From positions 1-52,632 of the forward strand of contig CAMCSO010000003.1 in the NCBI GenBank assembly GCA_945877545.1: a DNA stretch of 52,632 nucleotides, written 5' to 3'. Origin of the DNA: Bifidobacterium breve. GTDB lineage: Bacteria > Actinomycetota > Actinomycetes > S36-B12. Shown piece after piece: positions 1 through 9,753 of this stretch. The notes below the pieces were generated by a model, which saw nothing but the letters and a program-made list of their open reading frames with translations, did not search any database and was not told where the DNA came from. How positions within the stretch are numbered: the stretch's first letter is position 1; every line of letters begins with the position of its first letter. A program made the position numbers and the translations under genes.

Positions 1-506
1 ACCGTTCGCTCCTTGAACTGGCGCTTGAGTGAGGTGTAGGCACGCTCGCTCTTCGCCACCGCCATGACTCCCGTGGTGCCGACATCGAGGCGGTGCACGA
101 TGCCCTGCCGCTCCTCTGCTCCTGAGGAAGAGATCCGGTATCCGGCGGCAGCCAACCCGCCGACCACGGTCGGGCCCTCGAACCCTTCGCTGGGGTGCGC
201 CGCTACGCCGACAGGCTTGTCGACAACCACGACATCATCATCATCGAACAGGATCGACATCCCGGGGATCGGCTGGGCGACGATCTCACCCATCGGTGGC
301 CGGTCGAGGGCCGACATGTTCACGGTGATGAGTTGGCCCGCCACGAGGCGCTGGCCCTTGTTTACGACGCGACCATCGACCTGAACCCCGCCGCCGTCGA
401 GGAACTCGGCCGTCTTCGTCCGCGACAGCCCGAGCATGCGGGTGAGTGCGATGTCGATGCGTTCGCCCTCGAGACCTTCCGGGACCGGCAGGAGTCGCTC
501 GGTCAT
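1..506 (-). CDS. rluD: RluA/RluD-family pseudouridine synthase, 5' part (runs off window)
   Basis: Hand translation from ATG 506 (ATGA overlap with lspA stop): MTERLLPVPEGLEGERIDIALTRMLGLSR (S4-like) ... VVVDKPVGVAAHP ... GIVHRLDVGTTG (catalytic HRLD). Confidence 0.88.
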   Translation of the reverse strand, partial: MTERLLPVPEGLEGERIDIALTRMLGLSRTKTAEFLDGGGVQVDGRVVNKGQRLVAGQLITVNMSALDRPPMGEIVAQPIPGMSILFDDDDVVVVDKPVGVAAHPSEGFEGPTVVGGLAAAGYRISSSGAEERQGIVHRLDVGTTGVMAVAKSERAYTSLKRQFKERT

Positions 507-1015
507 GCAGTCGCCGCGCGACCCTTGATCTCGATTCCGCGGATGCTGAGGAGGACCATGAGCGCTGCTGAGCCGACGATGGCCATGTCTGCGACGTTGA
601 AGACCGGAAAATTCGGGAAGGCGATGAAATCCACGACGGATCCCATACCGGGGCTCGGTGGGCGCGTGATGCGATCAAGGAGGTTGCCAAGCAGCCCACC
701 GAGGAGCCCGCCGAAGGCGACCGCCCAGCCGATCGACCCAAGTTGCCGGGAGGTGCGGATGATGACGACGGCCACCACGATCGCGATGATCGAGAAGATC
801 CACGTGTAGCCGGTTCCGAGACTGAAGGCCGCCCCTGTGTTCTCGGTATAGGTCAGTCGTACGAAGGTGCCAATGACGTTGATGGGGCCTTCACCGCCCG
901 ACTGGACTCTAGGGAGCATGACCTCAACTGCCCACGCCTTCGTGAGGCGGTCCAAGATGAGGACGCACACGGCCACCGCAGCGAGTACGAGGATGCATGT
1001 ACGGCGCGAGGTCAC
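503..1015 (-). CDS. lspA: Lipoprotein signal peptidase II
   Basis: Motifs DRLTK, NTGAAFS, GNLLDR, VVDFI, FNVAD; four hydrophobic segments; typical lspA-rluD pair. Confidence 0.95.
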   Translation of the reverse strand: MTSRRTCILVLAAVAVCVLILDRLTKAWAVEVMLPRVQSGGEGPINVIGTFVRLTYTENTGAAFSLGTGYTWIFSIIAIVVAVVIIRTSRQLGSIGWAVAFGGLLGGLLGNLLDRITRPPSPGMGSVVDFIAFPNFPVFNVADMAIVGSAALMVLLSIRGIEIKGRAATA

Positions 1016-1060
1016 CCCCCTAGCCTAACGCCGCCGCGAGCCCAGCCTCGCCTCGCAGGA

Positions 1061-1579
1061 TCAGCGCTCCTCAGCCTGCTTGCACGACAGACACAATGTT
1101 GCCCGCGGGAACGCCTGGAGCCTGCCCTTGCCGATGGGCGTTGCGCAAGTCTCGCAGGCGCCATAGGTGCCGTTGGCAAGGCGGCCGAGCGCATGCTCGA
1201 CCTGTTGCAGCATGTCCCGGGCATTGTTGGCGAGGGACATCTCGTGCTCACGCTCGAATGTCTTGCTCCCCGCATCGGCCTGATCATCGCCCGCGCCGTC
1301 ACCCGAATCCCTAATGAGGTCCGCGAGACCCACCTCCGCTGCGACGAGTTCGCCAGCAAGCCGACTGGCGTCCTGTCTCAACTCATGCTCAATATCGCGC
1401 AGTTCCACCGCGGTCCACGCTGACTCATCAGGGCGGACCGCCGGCCGCTGCCCTTTCTTCTCCGGAGCAGACTTCTTTTGCGGGGCAACCTTCTTCTGCG
1501 GAGCAGCCTTCTTCTGCGGAGCAGCCTTCTTCTCCGGAGCCGGAACTGCCTTGCTCGTTGTTGACTTTCTGACCGCCAC
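1061..1579 (-). CDS. TraR/DksA-family C4 zinc-finger regulator with Lys/Ala/Pro-rich N-terminus
   Basis: Coiled coil with DDQADAG tip, YGACETC...ATLCLSC zinc finger; likely start GTG 1579. Confidence 0.88.
   Translation of the reverse strand: MAVRKSTTSKAVPAPEKKAAPQKKAAPQKKVAPQKKSAPEKKGQRPAVRPDESAWTAVELRDIEHELRQDASRLAGELVAAEVGLADLIRDSGDGAGDDQADAGSKTFEREHEMSLANNARDMLQQVEHALGRLANGTYGACETCATPIGKGRLQAFPRATLCLSCKQAEER
1453..1540 (-). repeat. 18-bp coding tandem repeat, about 5 imperfect copies (KKAAPQ)
   Basis: ttcttctgcggagcagcc-like units; protein PEKKAAPQKKAAPQKKVAPQKKSAPEKK. Confidence 0.9.
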
Positions 1580-1728
1580 GGAACCCCCAGACGTCAAACT
1601 TCAGATGCGGAATCGTAAACGAGGAATCGTTGGAAAGCGCGCGGACGCGCCGAGCAAGCCCACGTGCACCTGAGAGGTATCCTTCAAGTCTCGCGGGCTC
1701 TGGCACGCCTGCCCTCGAAGGGAGCCCC

Positions 1729-4700
1729 ATGTATCGCGCTGTGCCTGCGCAGATCGACCTGCCGGCAATGGAGCATGACGTCCTCGCGATGTGGGATTCC
1801 GAGGGCGTCTTCGAGGCGTCCGTCGAGCAGAGCAAGGGCAGGCCGCCCTGGGTGTTCTATGAGGGTCCCCCAACCGCGAACGGCATGCCCGGGACCCACC
1901 ACGTTGAGGCTCGCGTCTTCAAGGACGTATTCCCCCGCTATCGGACGATGAAGGGGTTTCACGTACCTCGACAGGCCGGCTGGGACTGCCATGGCCTCCC
2001 CGTTGAGCTCGCTGTGGAGAAGGAACTCGGATTCTCCGGCAAGCAGGACATCGAGCGGTACGGAGTCGCCGCATTCAACGACCGATGCCGCGAGTCGGTG
2101 CTCCGCCACGTCAACGAGTTCACCGACATGAGCCGTCGAATGGGCTACTGGGTCGACTTCGACCGCGCCTACTGGACCATGGACGCCGACTACATCCAGA
2201 GCGTCTGGTGGTCACTCAAGCAGATCTACAGCAAGGGACTCCTCGTCCAAGACCACCGCGTCGCTCCCTACTGCCCCCGCTGCGGAACGGGCCTGTCAGA
2301 TCATGAGTTGGCCCAGGGGTACGAGACCGTCGTCGATCCTTCCGTCTACGTCCGATTTCCCGTCACCGATGCGGCTTTTCTCGAACGATTCCCCGGTGCA
2401 GTTCTCCTCGTGTGGACCACCACCCCGTGGACCCTTGTCTCGAACACCGCGGTCGCCGTCAATCCAGTCGCTGACTATTCGATCGTTCGTACCGGGGACG
2501 GGCAGACGCTCGTCGTCGCATCATCACTCGTCGGCCAACTCCTCGGTGAGGACCTTGAGGAGCTCGGCAGAGTATCCGGTTCCGCACTCGAGCACATGTC
2601 CTATGAACGCCCCTTTGACCTCATCGACATCCCTGAGGCCCACTACGTCATCCTCGCGGACTATGTCACCACCGACGATGGAACCGGGCTTGTCCACCAG
2701 GCCCCGGCGTTTGGCGCCGATGACCTCGCCTCATGTCGAGGCTACGGACTGCCAGTCGTCAATCCAGTGCTGCCGAACGGAACCTTTGCCGACGACGTCC
2801 CGGTCGTGGGTGGCGTGTTCTTCAAGAAGGCGGACGAGACCCTCGTCGCAATGCTCAAGGAGAGCGGTCGCCTGTTTAAGCATGTCGAGTACGAGCACTC
2901 ATACCCGCACTGCTGGCGCTGTCACACACCGCTCATCTACTACGCACAGCCCTCGTGGTACATCAAAACGACGGTGATCAAGGATCAGTTGATCGAGCAG
3001 AACGAGGCCACCAATTGGTTTCCCGGAACAATCAAGTCGGGACGATTTGGCGACTGGCTCAACAACAACGTCGACTGGGCACTCTCACGGAACCGATTCT
3101 GGGGAACGCCACTGCCGATTTGGCGTTGCTCCGAGAACCACCTCACCGTCGTCGAATCTCTGGCCGAGCTCAGCGCTCTCGGGGGAATCGACGTCACCGC
3201 CACTGACCCCCATCGGCCCTACGTCGACGACATCACCATCCCGTGCCAAACCTGCGAAGCGACGGCCACGCGGGTTCCTGAGGTCATTGACTGCTGGTAC
3301 GACTCCGGCGCGATGCCATTCGCCGCCGTCGGTTACCCCCACGTCGATGCCGGCACGTTCGCGGACCAATACCCGGCAGACTTCATCTGCGAGGCAATCG
3401 ACCAGACCCGCGGCTGGTTCTACACGCTCATGGCTATCGGAACCCTCGTCTTCGATCGAACCTCATACCGCAATGTGCTGTGCCTAGGACACATCCTCGA
3501 TGAGGATGGCCGCAAGATGAGCAAGCACATCGGAAATGTGCTCGAGCCGATCGGCCTCATGAACGATCATGGCGCGGATGCTGTCCGCTGGTTCATGCTG
3601 GCCAGCGGATCGCCATGGCAGGCAAGACGGGTCGGCCATGCCGCGATCGGTGACGTCGTCCGCAAAACTCTCCTCACCTATTGGAACACCGTGTCGTTTC
3701 AATCGATGTACGCGCGGCTCGCTGACTGGGAGCCCTCGCATCCCGCTCCGGAGGTCTGCGACCGCCCGGTCATCGACCGCTGGCTCGCAGCGCAGGCAAG
3801 CGAGCTCACTCGAGAGGTTGATATCGCCCTCGAGGCCTTCGACACCCAGCGCGCAGGTCGCCTGCTGTCCACCTTCATCGACGACCTGTCCAACTGGTAC
3901 GTCCGGCGGTCCCGACGACGATTCTGGGATGGTGACCCGGCCGCACTATCAACGTTGCATGAGGCGTTGCGCATCACGACCCTGTGTATGGCGCCATTCA
4001 CCCCGTTCATCACCGAGCGGGTCTGGCAGGACCTTTTCCGGCCCACCGATCCAGGGGCAGCGACCTCCGTCCACCTCGCTGCATGGCCGGAGCCCACTGG
4101 GGATGCGGTTGATCCGGCACTCGCCGAGAGCATGGCGCTCGTTCGCAGGGTCGTCGAACTCGGGCGAGCGGCACGCGCCACGAGCGGCGTCCGAACAAGG
4201 CAACCCCTCGGCCGGGCTCTCGTCTCTGCCAGGGGCTGGGGTCGCCTATCCGATGAATTGCGCGCTGAGATCTGCGAGGAATTGAATGTCGGCGTCATCG
4301 AGGCCCTCGTTGACGACACAGCCGGTTTCGTCGACACGGCGATTAAGGCGAACTTCCGAGCCCTAGGCCAACGCTTCGGCAAGCAGACTCCCCTCGTGGC
4401 GGACGCCATCGCCAATGCAGAACCGGTAAGCCTTCTCTTGCACATCCGCCGCGAGGGGTCGGTCAGCCTGCACGCTGCGGGCGTCGGCGACGTCGAGATT
4501 TTTGAGGCCGACGTCATTGTCAGCGAGACTCCACGAGATGGGTGGGCCGTCGCCGCAGAGGGAGGCGAGAGTCTTGCCCTCGACTTGCACATTACCGACG
4601 AACTCCAGCGCGCTGGCACCGCCCGCGAAATCGTTCGCGCGATTCAGGAGGCCCGCAAACAATCAGGCTTCGACGTGTCAGACCGGATCACCGTCTGGTG

Positions 4701-4878
4701 GGCAAGCGATGATGCCTCGACCATTCTCACCCTCGACGAGCACGCCACGCTCATCGCCAGCGAGGTCCTTGCCACCGCCTTTTGCGAGGGCATCGAGCAT
4801 GCACAACGAGGTTCCGTCACGGTGCGCGTGCCGGAAACCGACCTACAACTCCTCATCGCGAGGGGCAGCGACGGCTGA
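1729..4878 (+). CDS. ileS: Isoleucyl-tRNA synthetase, type 2
   Basis: FYEGPPTANGMPGTHH, GWDCHGLPVE, WTTTPWTL editing motif, DWALSRNRFWG, DQTRGWF, KMSKH; long type-2 C-terminus; ATG 1729 preceded by GAAGGGAG. Confidence 0.96.
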   Translation: MYRAVPAQIDLPAMEHDVLAMWDSEGVFEASVEQSKGRPPWVFYEGPPTANGMPGTHHVEARVFKDVFPRYRTMKGFHVPRQAGWDCHGLPVELAVEKELGFSGKQDIERYGVAAFNDRCRESVLRHVNEFTDMSRRMGYWVDFDRAYWTMDADYIQSVWWSLKQIYSKGLLVQDHRVAPYCPRCGTGLSDHELAQGYETVVDPSVYVRFPVTDAAFLERFPGAVLLVWTTTPWTLVSNTAVAVNPVADYSIVRTGDGQTLVVASSLVGQLLGEDLEELGRVSGSALEHMSYERPFDLIDIPEAHYVILADYVTTDDGTGLVHQAPAFGADDLASCRGYGLPVVNPVLPNGTFADDVPVVGGVFFKKADETLVAMLKESGRLFKHVEYEHSYPHCWRCHTPLIYYAQPSWYIKTTVIKDQLIEQNEATNWFPGTIKSGRFGDWLNNNVDWALSRNRFWGTPLPIWRCSENHLTVVESLAELSALGGIDVTATDPHRPYVDDITIPCQTCEATATRVPEVIDCWYDSGAMPFAAVGYPHVDAGTFADQYPADFICEAIDQTRGWFYTLMAIGTLVFDRTSYRNVLCLGHILDEDGRKMSKHIGNVLEPIGLMNDHGADAVRWFMLASGSPWQARRVGHAAIGDVVRKTLLTYWNTVSFQSMYARLADWEPSHPAPEVCDRPVIDRWLAAQASELTREVDIALEAFDTQRAGRLLSTFIDDLSNWYVRRSRRRFWDGDPAALSTLHEALRITTLCMAPFTPFITERVWQDLFRPTDPGAATSVHLAAWPEPTGDAVDPALAESMALVRRVVELGRAARATSGVRTRQPLGRALVSARGWGRLSDELRAEICEELNVGVIEALVDDTAGFVDTAIKANFRALGQRFGKQTPLVADAIANAEPVSLLLHIRREGSVSLHAAGVGDVEIFEADVIVSETPRDGWAVAAEGGESLALDLHITDELQRAGTAREIVRAIQEARKQSGFDVSDRITVWWASDDASTILTLDEHATLIASEVLATAFCEGIEHAQRGSVTVRVPETDLQLLIARGSDG

Positions 4879-5874
4879 CGACTTGATTGCCGCCGCATAC
4901 TCAGTTGCGGCCCTTACGAGTTCAGCAGCGGTCGCCTGTGCAGCACCGAGTACCTCTGCGGGCTCGCCAACAGAGGTTGAATGTCTCTCAAGCATCTCGA
5001 TCCGCTCCTGCAGCGCCTCACATCGCGCCATCAACGCTGACTCCACCTCGCGTGCCCGCTCTGCCTGCGCCTGCGCGCCTGCCGCCGCGAGCTCGGCCGA
5101 GGCCCGCTCGGCCAGCGTGCGCTCCGCAGCCGCCGACAGTTCCAACGCCCGCTGGGCGGTGGACAACTGCTCCTCGAGTAGCATCACGCGGGCCGAAAGC
5201 GCCTCACATCGGGCCGTTAGCGCCGACTCCAACTCACGGGATCGCTCGGACTGCGCGTGTGCACTACTTGCAGCGAGGTCGATCGCAACCTTCTGGCTCG
5301 CGGCAAGCTCCTCCACTACCGCACGGCGGGCCGCGTGATCCTGTGAGGCACGGTTCGCCGCTGCCAGTTCGGATTCCAGCAACGACAAGCGCGCCTGCAG
5401 GGCCTCACATCGAGCGGAGAGCGCCGATTCGACCTCACCGGTGCGTGCCGAAAGCACCTGCGTGTTCCGCGAAGCGATATCGCCAGCGACAGCAAGTTGG
5501 CTCGCAGCACGGGTCGCGGCCGCCAGCTCGCCCTCAAGGGAGTGCACCCGCGACAACAATGACTCACATCGAGCCGCGAGCGCTCCCTCGGTCTCCGAAG
5601 GCGCACGCATAAGCGAGCCCGATTGGTCGCCGAGATCCCGGGCAGTCGAGGCACGATCCTGCTGCTCGAGTACGGCAATGCGTGCTTGGAGCTGCTCACA
5701 ACGCACGAGCAGGACCGACTCTGCCTCACGGTAACGCGCGACATCAACCTCAAGATGCCCTACCGTCTCCTGAACGGCATCGAGAAACTCATCGACCTCG
5801 TCCATGTCGTAACCCGCACGCAGGCGGGTGGCGCGAAAGGCGGCAGCTCGAACGTCGGCCGGTGTGAGCATCAC
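4843..5874 (-). CDS. divIVA: DivIVA-domain coiled-coil protein with five internal RCE repeats
   Basis: N-terminal LTPADV...F...LRAGYDMDEVDEFLD DivIVA motif; sits after yggT at the divIVA/wag31 position; 3' end overlaps ileS by 36 nt. Confidence 0.78.
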   Translation of the reverse strand: MMLTPADVRAAAFRATRLRAGYDMDEVDEFLDAVQETVGHLEVDVARYREAESVLLVRCEQLQARIAVLEQQDRASTARDLGDQSGSLMRAPSETEGALAARCESLLSRVHSLEGELAAATRAASQLAVAGDIASRNTQVLSARTGEVESALSARCEALQARLSLLESELAAANRASQDHAARRAVVEELAASQKVAIDLAASSAHAQSERSRELESALTARCEALSARVMLLEEQLSTAQRALELSAAAERTLAERASAELAAAGAQAQAERAREVESALMARCEALQERIEMLERHSTSVGEPAEVLGAAQATAAELVRAATEYAAAIKSSAVAAPRDEEL

Positions 5875-5908
5875 GTTCGGGAGCCAGCGACGGGCGAGCT
5901 GCCTCGCA

Positions 5909-6193
5909 TCAGAGGTTCATCGCCACGCTGATGAGAATCTGGAGGCCGATGAGCACGATCAAGAAGGCGAGGTCAAACTGCATGCCACCGATACGTAACG
6001 GAGGAATAACGCGGCGCAGCAGGCGCAGCGGCGGGTCGGTTACCGTGTAGATCCCTTCTGCGATGAACAGGAGGATCCCTGACGGACGCCACGAGCGAGC
6101 AAACACCTGAACGAAATCGAAGATGAGCCGCCCGATGAAGACCAGCCAGTAAAGCCACAGGATGGTGGCGAGAATCTCGCCTACTGCGCTCAT
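5909..6193 (-). CDS. yggT: YggT/YlmG membrane protein
   Basis: TDPPLRLLRRVIPPLRIGG...DLAF motif; between sepF and divIVA. Confidence 0.92.
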   Translation of the reverse strand: MSAVGEILATILWLYWLVFIGRLIFDFVQVFARSWRPSGILLFIAEGIYTVTDPPLRLLRRVIPPLRIGGMQFDLAFLIVLIGLQILISVAMNL

Positions 6194-6774
6194 CAGCTTT
6201 GGTTGTAGAACGGATCTTGGGCGATCTGAGCACGCGCCTCGTCACCAACATCGACATTCGGCGGGGATAGAAGGAAGACCTTGTTCGTCACCCGCTCGAT
6301 CGAACCGCGCAGACCAAAGACCAGACCAGCGGCAAAATCAACGATTCGCTTGGCATCAGCGTCATCAAGTTCAGACAGGTTCATGATGACCGGGACACCC
6401 TCGCGATACTCCTCGCCGATCCGCCGGGCGTCGTTGTAACTGCGCGGGTGCACGGTCTCGATTCGGGTGATCTCGGCGCTCGCCACCGGTTTCCAATCCG
6501 TTTGCGTGGCCACCGACGCACGTCGCTCGGTCGTTGGCTCTGTACGGAATGTTCGCACTGCGCGGGTACCGGACAGGGTGCCCACCCCCCGACTCTCAAT
6601 TCGCTCATCGAGTCGATCATCATCGCGGTCCCCCGCTCCCGATCGTTCGCCGATCCGCGGATCACGGCCACGTACGTCTCGGCGAATGTGCTCGTATTCC
6701 TCGTAGTCCTCCTCGACCTCGTCATCCCCAACGAGTCCGAGATAGACGCCCATCTTGCGCATCGCGCCAGCCAT
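6193..6774 (-). CDS. sepF: Cell division protein SepF
   Basis: MAGAMRKMGVYLGL N-terminus; PRSYNDARRIGE, AKRIVDFAAGL, VFLLSP. Confidence 0.95.
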   Translation of the reverse strand: MAGAMRKMGVYLGLVGDDEVEEDYEEYEHIRRDVRGRDPRIGERSGAGDRDDDRLDERIESRGVGTLSGTRAVRTFRTEPTTERRASVATQTDWKPVASAEITRIETVHPRSYNDARRIGEEYREGVPVIMNLSELDDADAKRIVDFAAGLVFGLRGSIERVTNKVFLLSPPNVDVGDEARAQIAQDPFYNQS

Positions 6775-6852
6775 GAACCGCCATCCTTCTTCGGGGGTAG
6801 GAATACTCTCCGTTAAAACCTCAGTAGGTTTTACACCTAAGTACCAATGAAC

Positions 6853-7587
6853 CTACCCGACAATTGCGCGTTTCCCGAGTATCGCGCCCCCGATGCGCAC
6901 GTGTGTCGCCCCGTGCCGGACAGCGGCCTCAAGGTCGCCACTCATTCCCGCCGAAATCCTGTCCGCATCGGGAAGCACGGTTCGCAGTTGAAGGCTAGCC
7001 GATTCGAGTAGGTTGAACGCTACATCAGGATCGCCCGGATACGGCGCAATGCCCATGATGCCCCGCACGGTCAAACCCGGGAGTGCAGATACCCGAGCCG
7101 CAAGATCTGGCAACTCAATTGCGCGCACGCCACCTCTGCCGTCGGCATCATCTGGGTCCAGGGAAATTTGGAGAAGGATGTCTAGCCTACGGTTCGCGGT
7201 GACGGCCCCTGCGGAGAGCGCCTCGGCGAGCGACAGTCGATCAACCGACTCGACGACATCGGCCCAGGCCGCCACCGATCGTGCCTTATTGCGCTGAACC
7301 TGCCCAATCATGTGCCAGCACAAGGCGGGCGTGGCATGTGACAATTCGACCGCCTTCAGCCGAGCTTCCTGGTCTTTATTCTCGGCGACGTCTGAGCAAC
7401 CCAAGTGCTGAAGAATACCGATGTCGGTCGTTGGAAATGTCTTCGTCACCACGACAAGAGTGACGCTGTCAGGGGGCCGATCGGCAGCCGCACAGGCCCT
7501 GTCGATACGCGCTCTGACCTCGCTCAGACTCGCGGCAATCTCAGCTGCGCGGTCTAGTTCAGACCTTGAATCAACGGACACCGACAC
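6853..7587 (-). CDS. yggS: YggS/PipY PLP-binding protein
   Basis: VVTKT (PLP Lys), ENKDQE, WHMIGQVQRNK, SAGMSGD, GATHVRIG. Confidence 0.93.
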   Translation of the reverse strand: MSVSVDSRSELDRAAEIAASLSEVRARIDRACAAADRPPDSVTLVVVTKTFPTTDIGILQHLGCSDVAENKDQEARLKAVELSHATPALCWHMIGQVQRNKARSVAAWADVVESVDRLSLAEALSAGAVTANRRLDILLQISLDPDDADGRGGVRAIELPDLAARVSALPGLTVRGIMGIAPYPGDPDVAFNLLESASLQLRTVLPDADRISAGMSGDLEAAVRHGATHVRIGGAILGKRAIVG

Positions 7588-7647
7588 ACCTCTCAGTCTT
7601 CCTCGAAATCCCGCTCCGAATCCAGCCCACGGGCCGATACCTGTTGA

Positions 7648-8394
7648 TCATGTCCTGCAAATAAACATTCCCTGCCGGCCAGTCACGGTGTCACGCCGGT
7701 ATGAAAAGAGATCGGTCGACTCGTTCGTGCAGGCATTCACGTGTTGTACCCCAATGTCGAGGAGCGCTAGTTGCATGGACACCCCCGCTCGAACGTCGAT
7801 GAACGATGCCCCTTCTCGATCGATGCACGCAACGCCACTCACCTCAGTCGGCACGAGTTCTCGCAGATACTCCGTGCGTTCAGGGGGCACCGGGTAGCAC
7901 CGAGCGCAGATCGCCGGGCCGACCACCGCCTCAATGCTCACCGCGCCGAGCTCGCGCATGGTCGCCACGGCGGCAGCCACGACTCCGGCACCAACGCCAC
8001 GCCACCCACAGTGCACCGCAGCGATGACCCCGGCTCGAGCATCCGCGAGGACGAGCGGCACGCAGTCAGCCGCCAGCGCGAGCAGGGCAATTCCCTTGGA
8101 GGTGGTGACGAGAGCATCAACCCCCGCTACGACACCGCCGCAGGACACCACACCAACGTTGGCGTCGTGAACCGCTTCCATGACGGCGAGGCCATCAACC
8201 CCGACCCCCACGAGTCCGACCGCACGTCGCCGGTTCTCGGCAACCGCCCCAGCATCGTCGCCCACGTACTCGGCCAAATTGAGGGACTGGTAAACACCGG
8301 TGCTCGCTCCCCCAGCGCGGCCGGTAGCTGCCCACAGGCAAGTGTCAGCGCCGAACTCATTCGAGCCGAGTGCGCCCGAGGCGAATCCGATCAC
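7648..8394 (-). CDS. pgeF: PgeF/YfiH/YlmD-family protein
   Basis: SLNLAEYVGD, ADCVP, VHCGWRG, GPAIC, CT...FSYRR; directly after ftsZ. Confidence 0.9.
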   Translation of the reverse strand: MIGFASGALGSNEFGADTCLWAATGRAGGASTGVYQSLNLAEYVGDDAGAVAENRRRAVGLVGVGVDGLAVMEAVHDANVGVVSCGGVVAGVDALVTTSKGIALLALAADCVPLVLADARAGVIAAVHCGWRGVGAGVVAAAVATMRELGAVSIEAVVGPAICARCYPVPPERTEYLRELVPTEVSGVACIDREGASFIDVRAGVSMQLALLDIGVQHVNACTNESTDLFSYRRDTVTGRQGMFICRT

Positions 8395-8405
8395 GTTCCC
8401 GGCCG

Positions 8406-9542
8406 CTACTTGAGGAAGTCCGGGATATCGAGTTCATCCTCAGCCTCCTCAAAGAGGACGCTGCGTGGCATCTGGATTGGCGGCTGCGCTACCGGCACCT
8501 CGACGACGGGCCTCGATGGTTGCCGGATCTGCTGCACCGGATCCGGCTCGTCTGCTGCGCGCGAGCCCGCAGTTGAGCTGCGCCGTGCCGACAGATCACC
8601 GCCGTCAAAGCCTGCGGCAATGACGGTGACGCGCACCTCATCGCCCAGCGTGTCGTCGATAACGGCACCGAAGATGATGTTCGCATCCGGGTGCGCTGCA
8701 TCGCTCACGCGTTGTGCCGCCGCATTGATTTCGAAAAGTCCGAGGTCACTTCCGCCGGAGATGGAGAGCAGGACGCCCTGCGCCCCGTCGATGCCCGCCT
8801 CAAGGAGCGGGCTGGAGATCGCCTTCTCAGCCGCCTCTATCGCACGATCCTCACCACGCGCGGTTCCGATGCCCATGAGGGCTGTCCCTGCACCATGCAT
8901 GACACTGCGGACGTCGGCGAAGTCGAGGTTGATGAGTCCCGGAGTCGTAATGAGGTCGGTGATGCCGGAGACGCCCTGGAGGAGCACGTGGTCGGCCTGC
9001 CTGAATGCATCGATGACGCTGATATTGCGGTCCGAGAGCGACAGTAGGCGGTCATTCGGGATAACAATGAGCGTGTCGACCTCAGCCCGAAGGTTCTCGA
9101 TGCCCGACTCGGCTTGCGCCTGACGCCTCCGGCCCTCGAACCCGAACGGGCGGGTGACCACACCAAGGGTTAGTGCGCCAAGGGATCGAGCGATCCGAGC
9201 AACCACCGGTGCTCCACCTGTGCCCGTGCCTCCGCCTTCCCCTGCGGTCACGAACACCATGTCGGCGCCCTTGAGCACCTCTTCAATCTCGTCAGCGTGG
9301 TCCTCTGCTGCCCTCTTGCCTACCTCGGGGTTCGCCCCAGCGCCCAGGCCGCGGGTGATTTCGCGGCCTATGTCGAGCTTGACGTCGGCATCGCTCATGA
9401 GGAGTGCCTGAGCGTCGGTGTTCACCGCGATGAACTCGACCCCCTTGAGACCGACCTCAATCATTCGGTTCACGGCATTCACTCCGCCGCCGCCGATACC
9501 GACGACCTTGATTACTGCCAGATAATTCTGCGGACCCGCCAC
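8406..9542 (-). CDS. ftsZ: Cell division protein FtsZ
   Basis: GGGTGTG tubulin motif, NLDFAD, C-terminal LDIPDFLK; true start GTG 9542 ([12 protein letters not shown]) with GAAAGGA SD. Confidence 0.98.
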   Translation of the reverse strand: MAGPQNYLAVIKVVGIGGGGVNAVNRMIEVGLKGVEFIAVNTDAQALLMSDADVKLDIGREITRGLGAGANPEVGKRAAEDHADEIEEVLKGADMVFVTAGEGGGTGTGGAPVVARIARSLGALTLGVVTRPFGFEGRRRQAQAESGIENLRAEVDTLIVIPNDRLLSLSDRNISVIDAFRQADHVLLQGVSGITDLITTPGLINLDFADVRSVMHGAGTALMGIGTARGEDRAIEAAEKAISSPLLEAGIDGAQGVLLSISGGSDLGLFEINAAAQRVSDAAHPDANIIFGAVIDDTLGDEVRVTVIAAGFDGGDLSARRSSTAGSRAADEPDPVQQIRQPSRPVVEVPVAQPPIQMPRSVLFEEAEDELDIPDFLK

Positions 9543-9617
9543 GGCTGGTCGTCCTTTCATCGTTGTTGGCCGACGCCGCCAGATCAGCGACCATCGCCTT
9601 CGTATTCGCACCGGACG

Positions 9618-9648
9618 CCTCACCCTCAACCTCTAGTTCAGGGTGAGG
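9618..9648. promoter_or_regulatory. Inverted repeat upstream of ftsZ, candidate FtsR-type operator
   Basis: CCTCACCCTCAAC-ctcta-GTTCAGGGTGAGG, 13-bp arms with 1 mismatch, in the ftsQ-ftsZ spacer. Confidence 0.55.
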
Positions 9649-9753
9649 ATTTGACCATCCATCGAGCGGCCGGAGGCTAGACGTTGCGCGCTCATGATGC
9701 AAACGAGCATCCGGCTCTCGCCAACGTGAGGTGCGCTTCGTGCTGAGCATCGA

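Noticed and set aside
1580-1728. T-box riboswitch upstream of ileS
   Set aside because: Expected in many actinobacteria, but no GGTGGNACCGCG T-box sequence is present in the short divergent spacer
7771-9123. 450-aa plus-strand ORF and many similar long antisense ORFs (e.g. 3699-4619, 13387-14283, 17263-18117, 29357-30253)
   Set aside because: Shadow frames of well-supported genes in high-GC DNA; no motifs or SD
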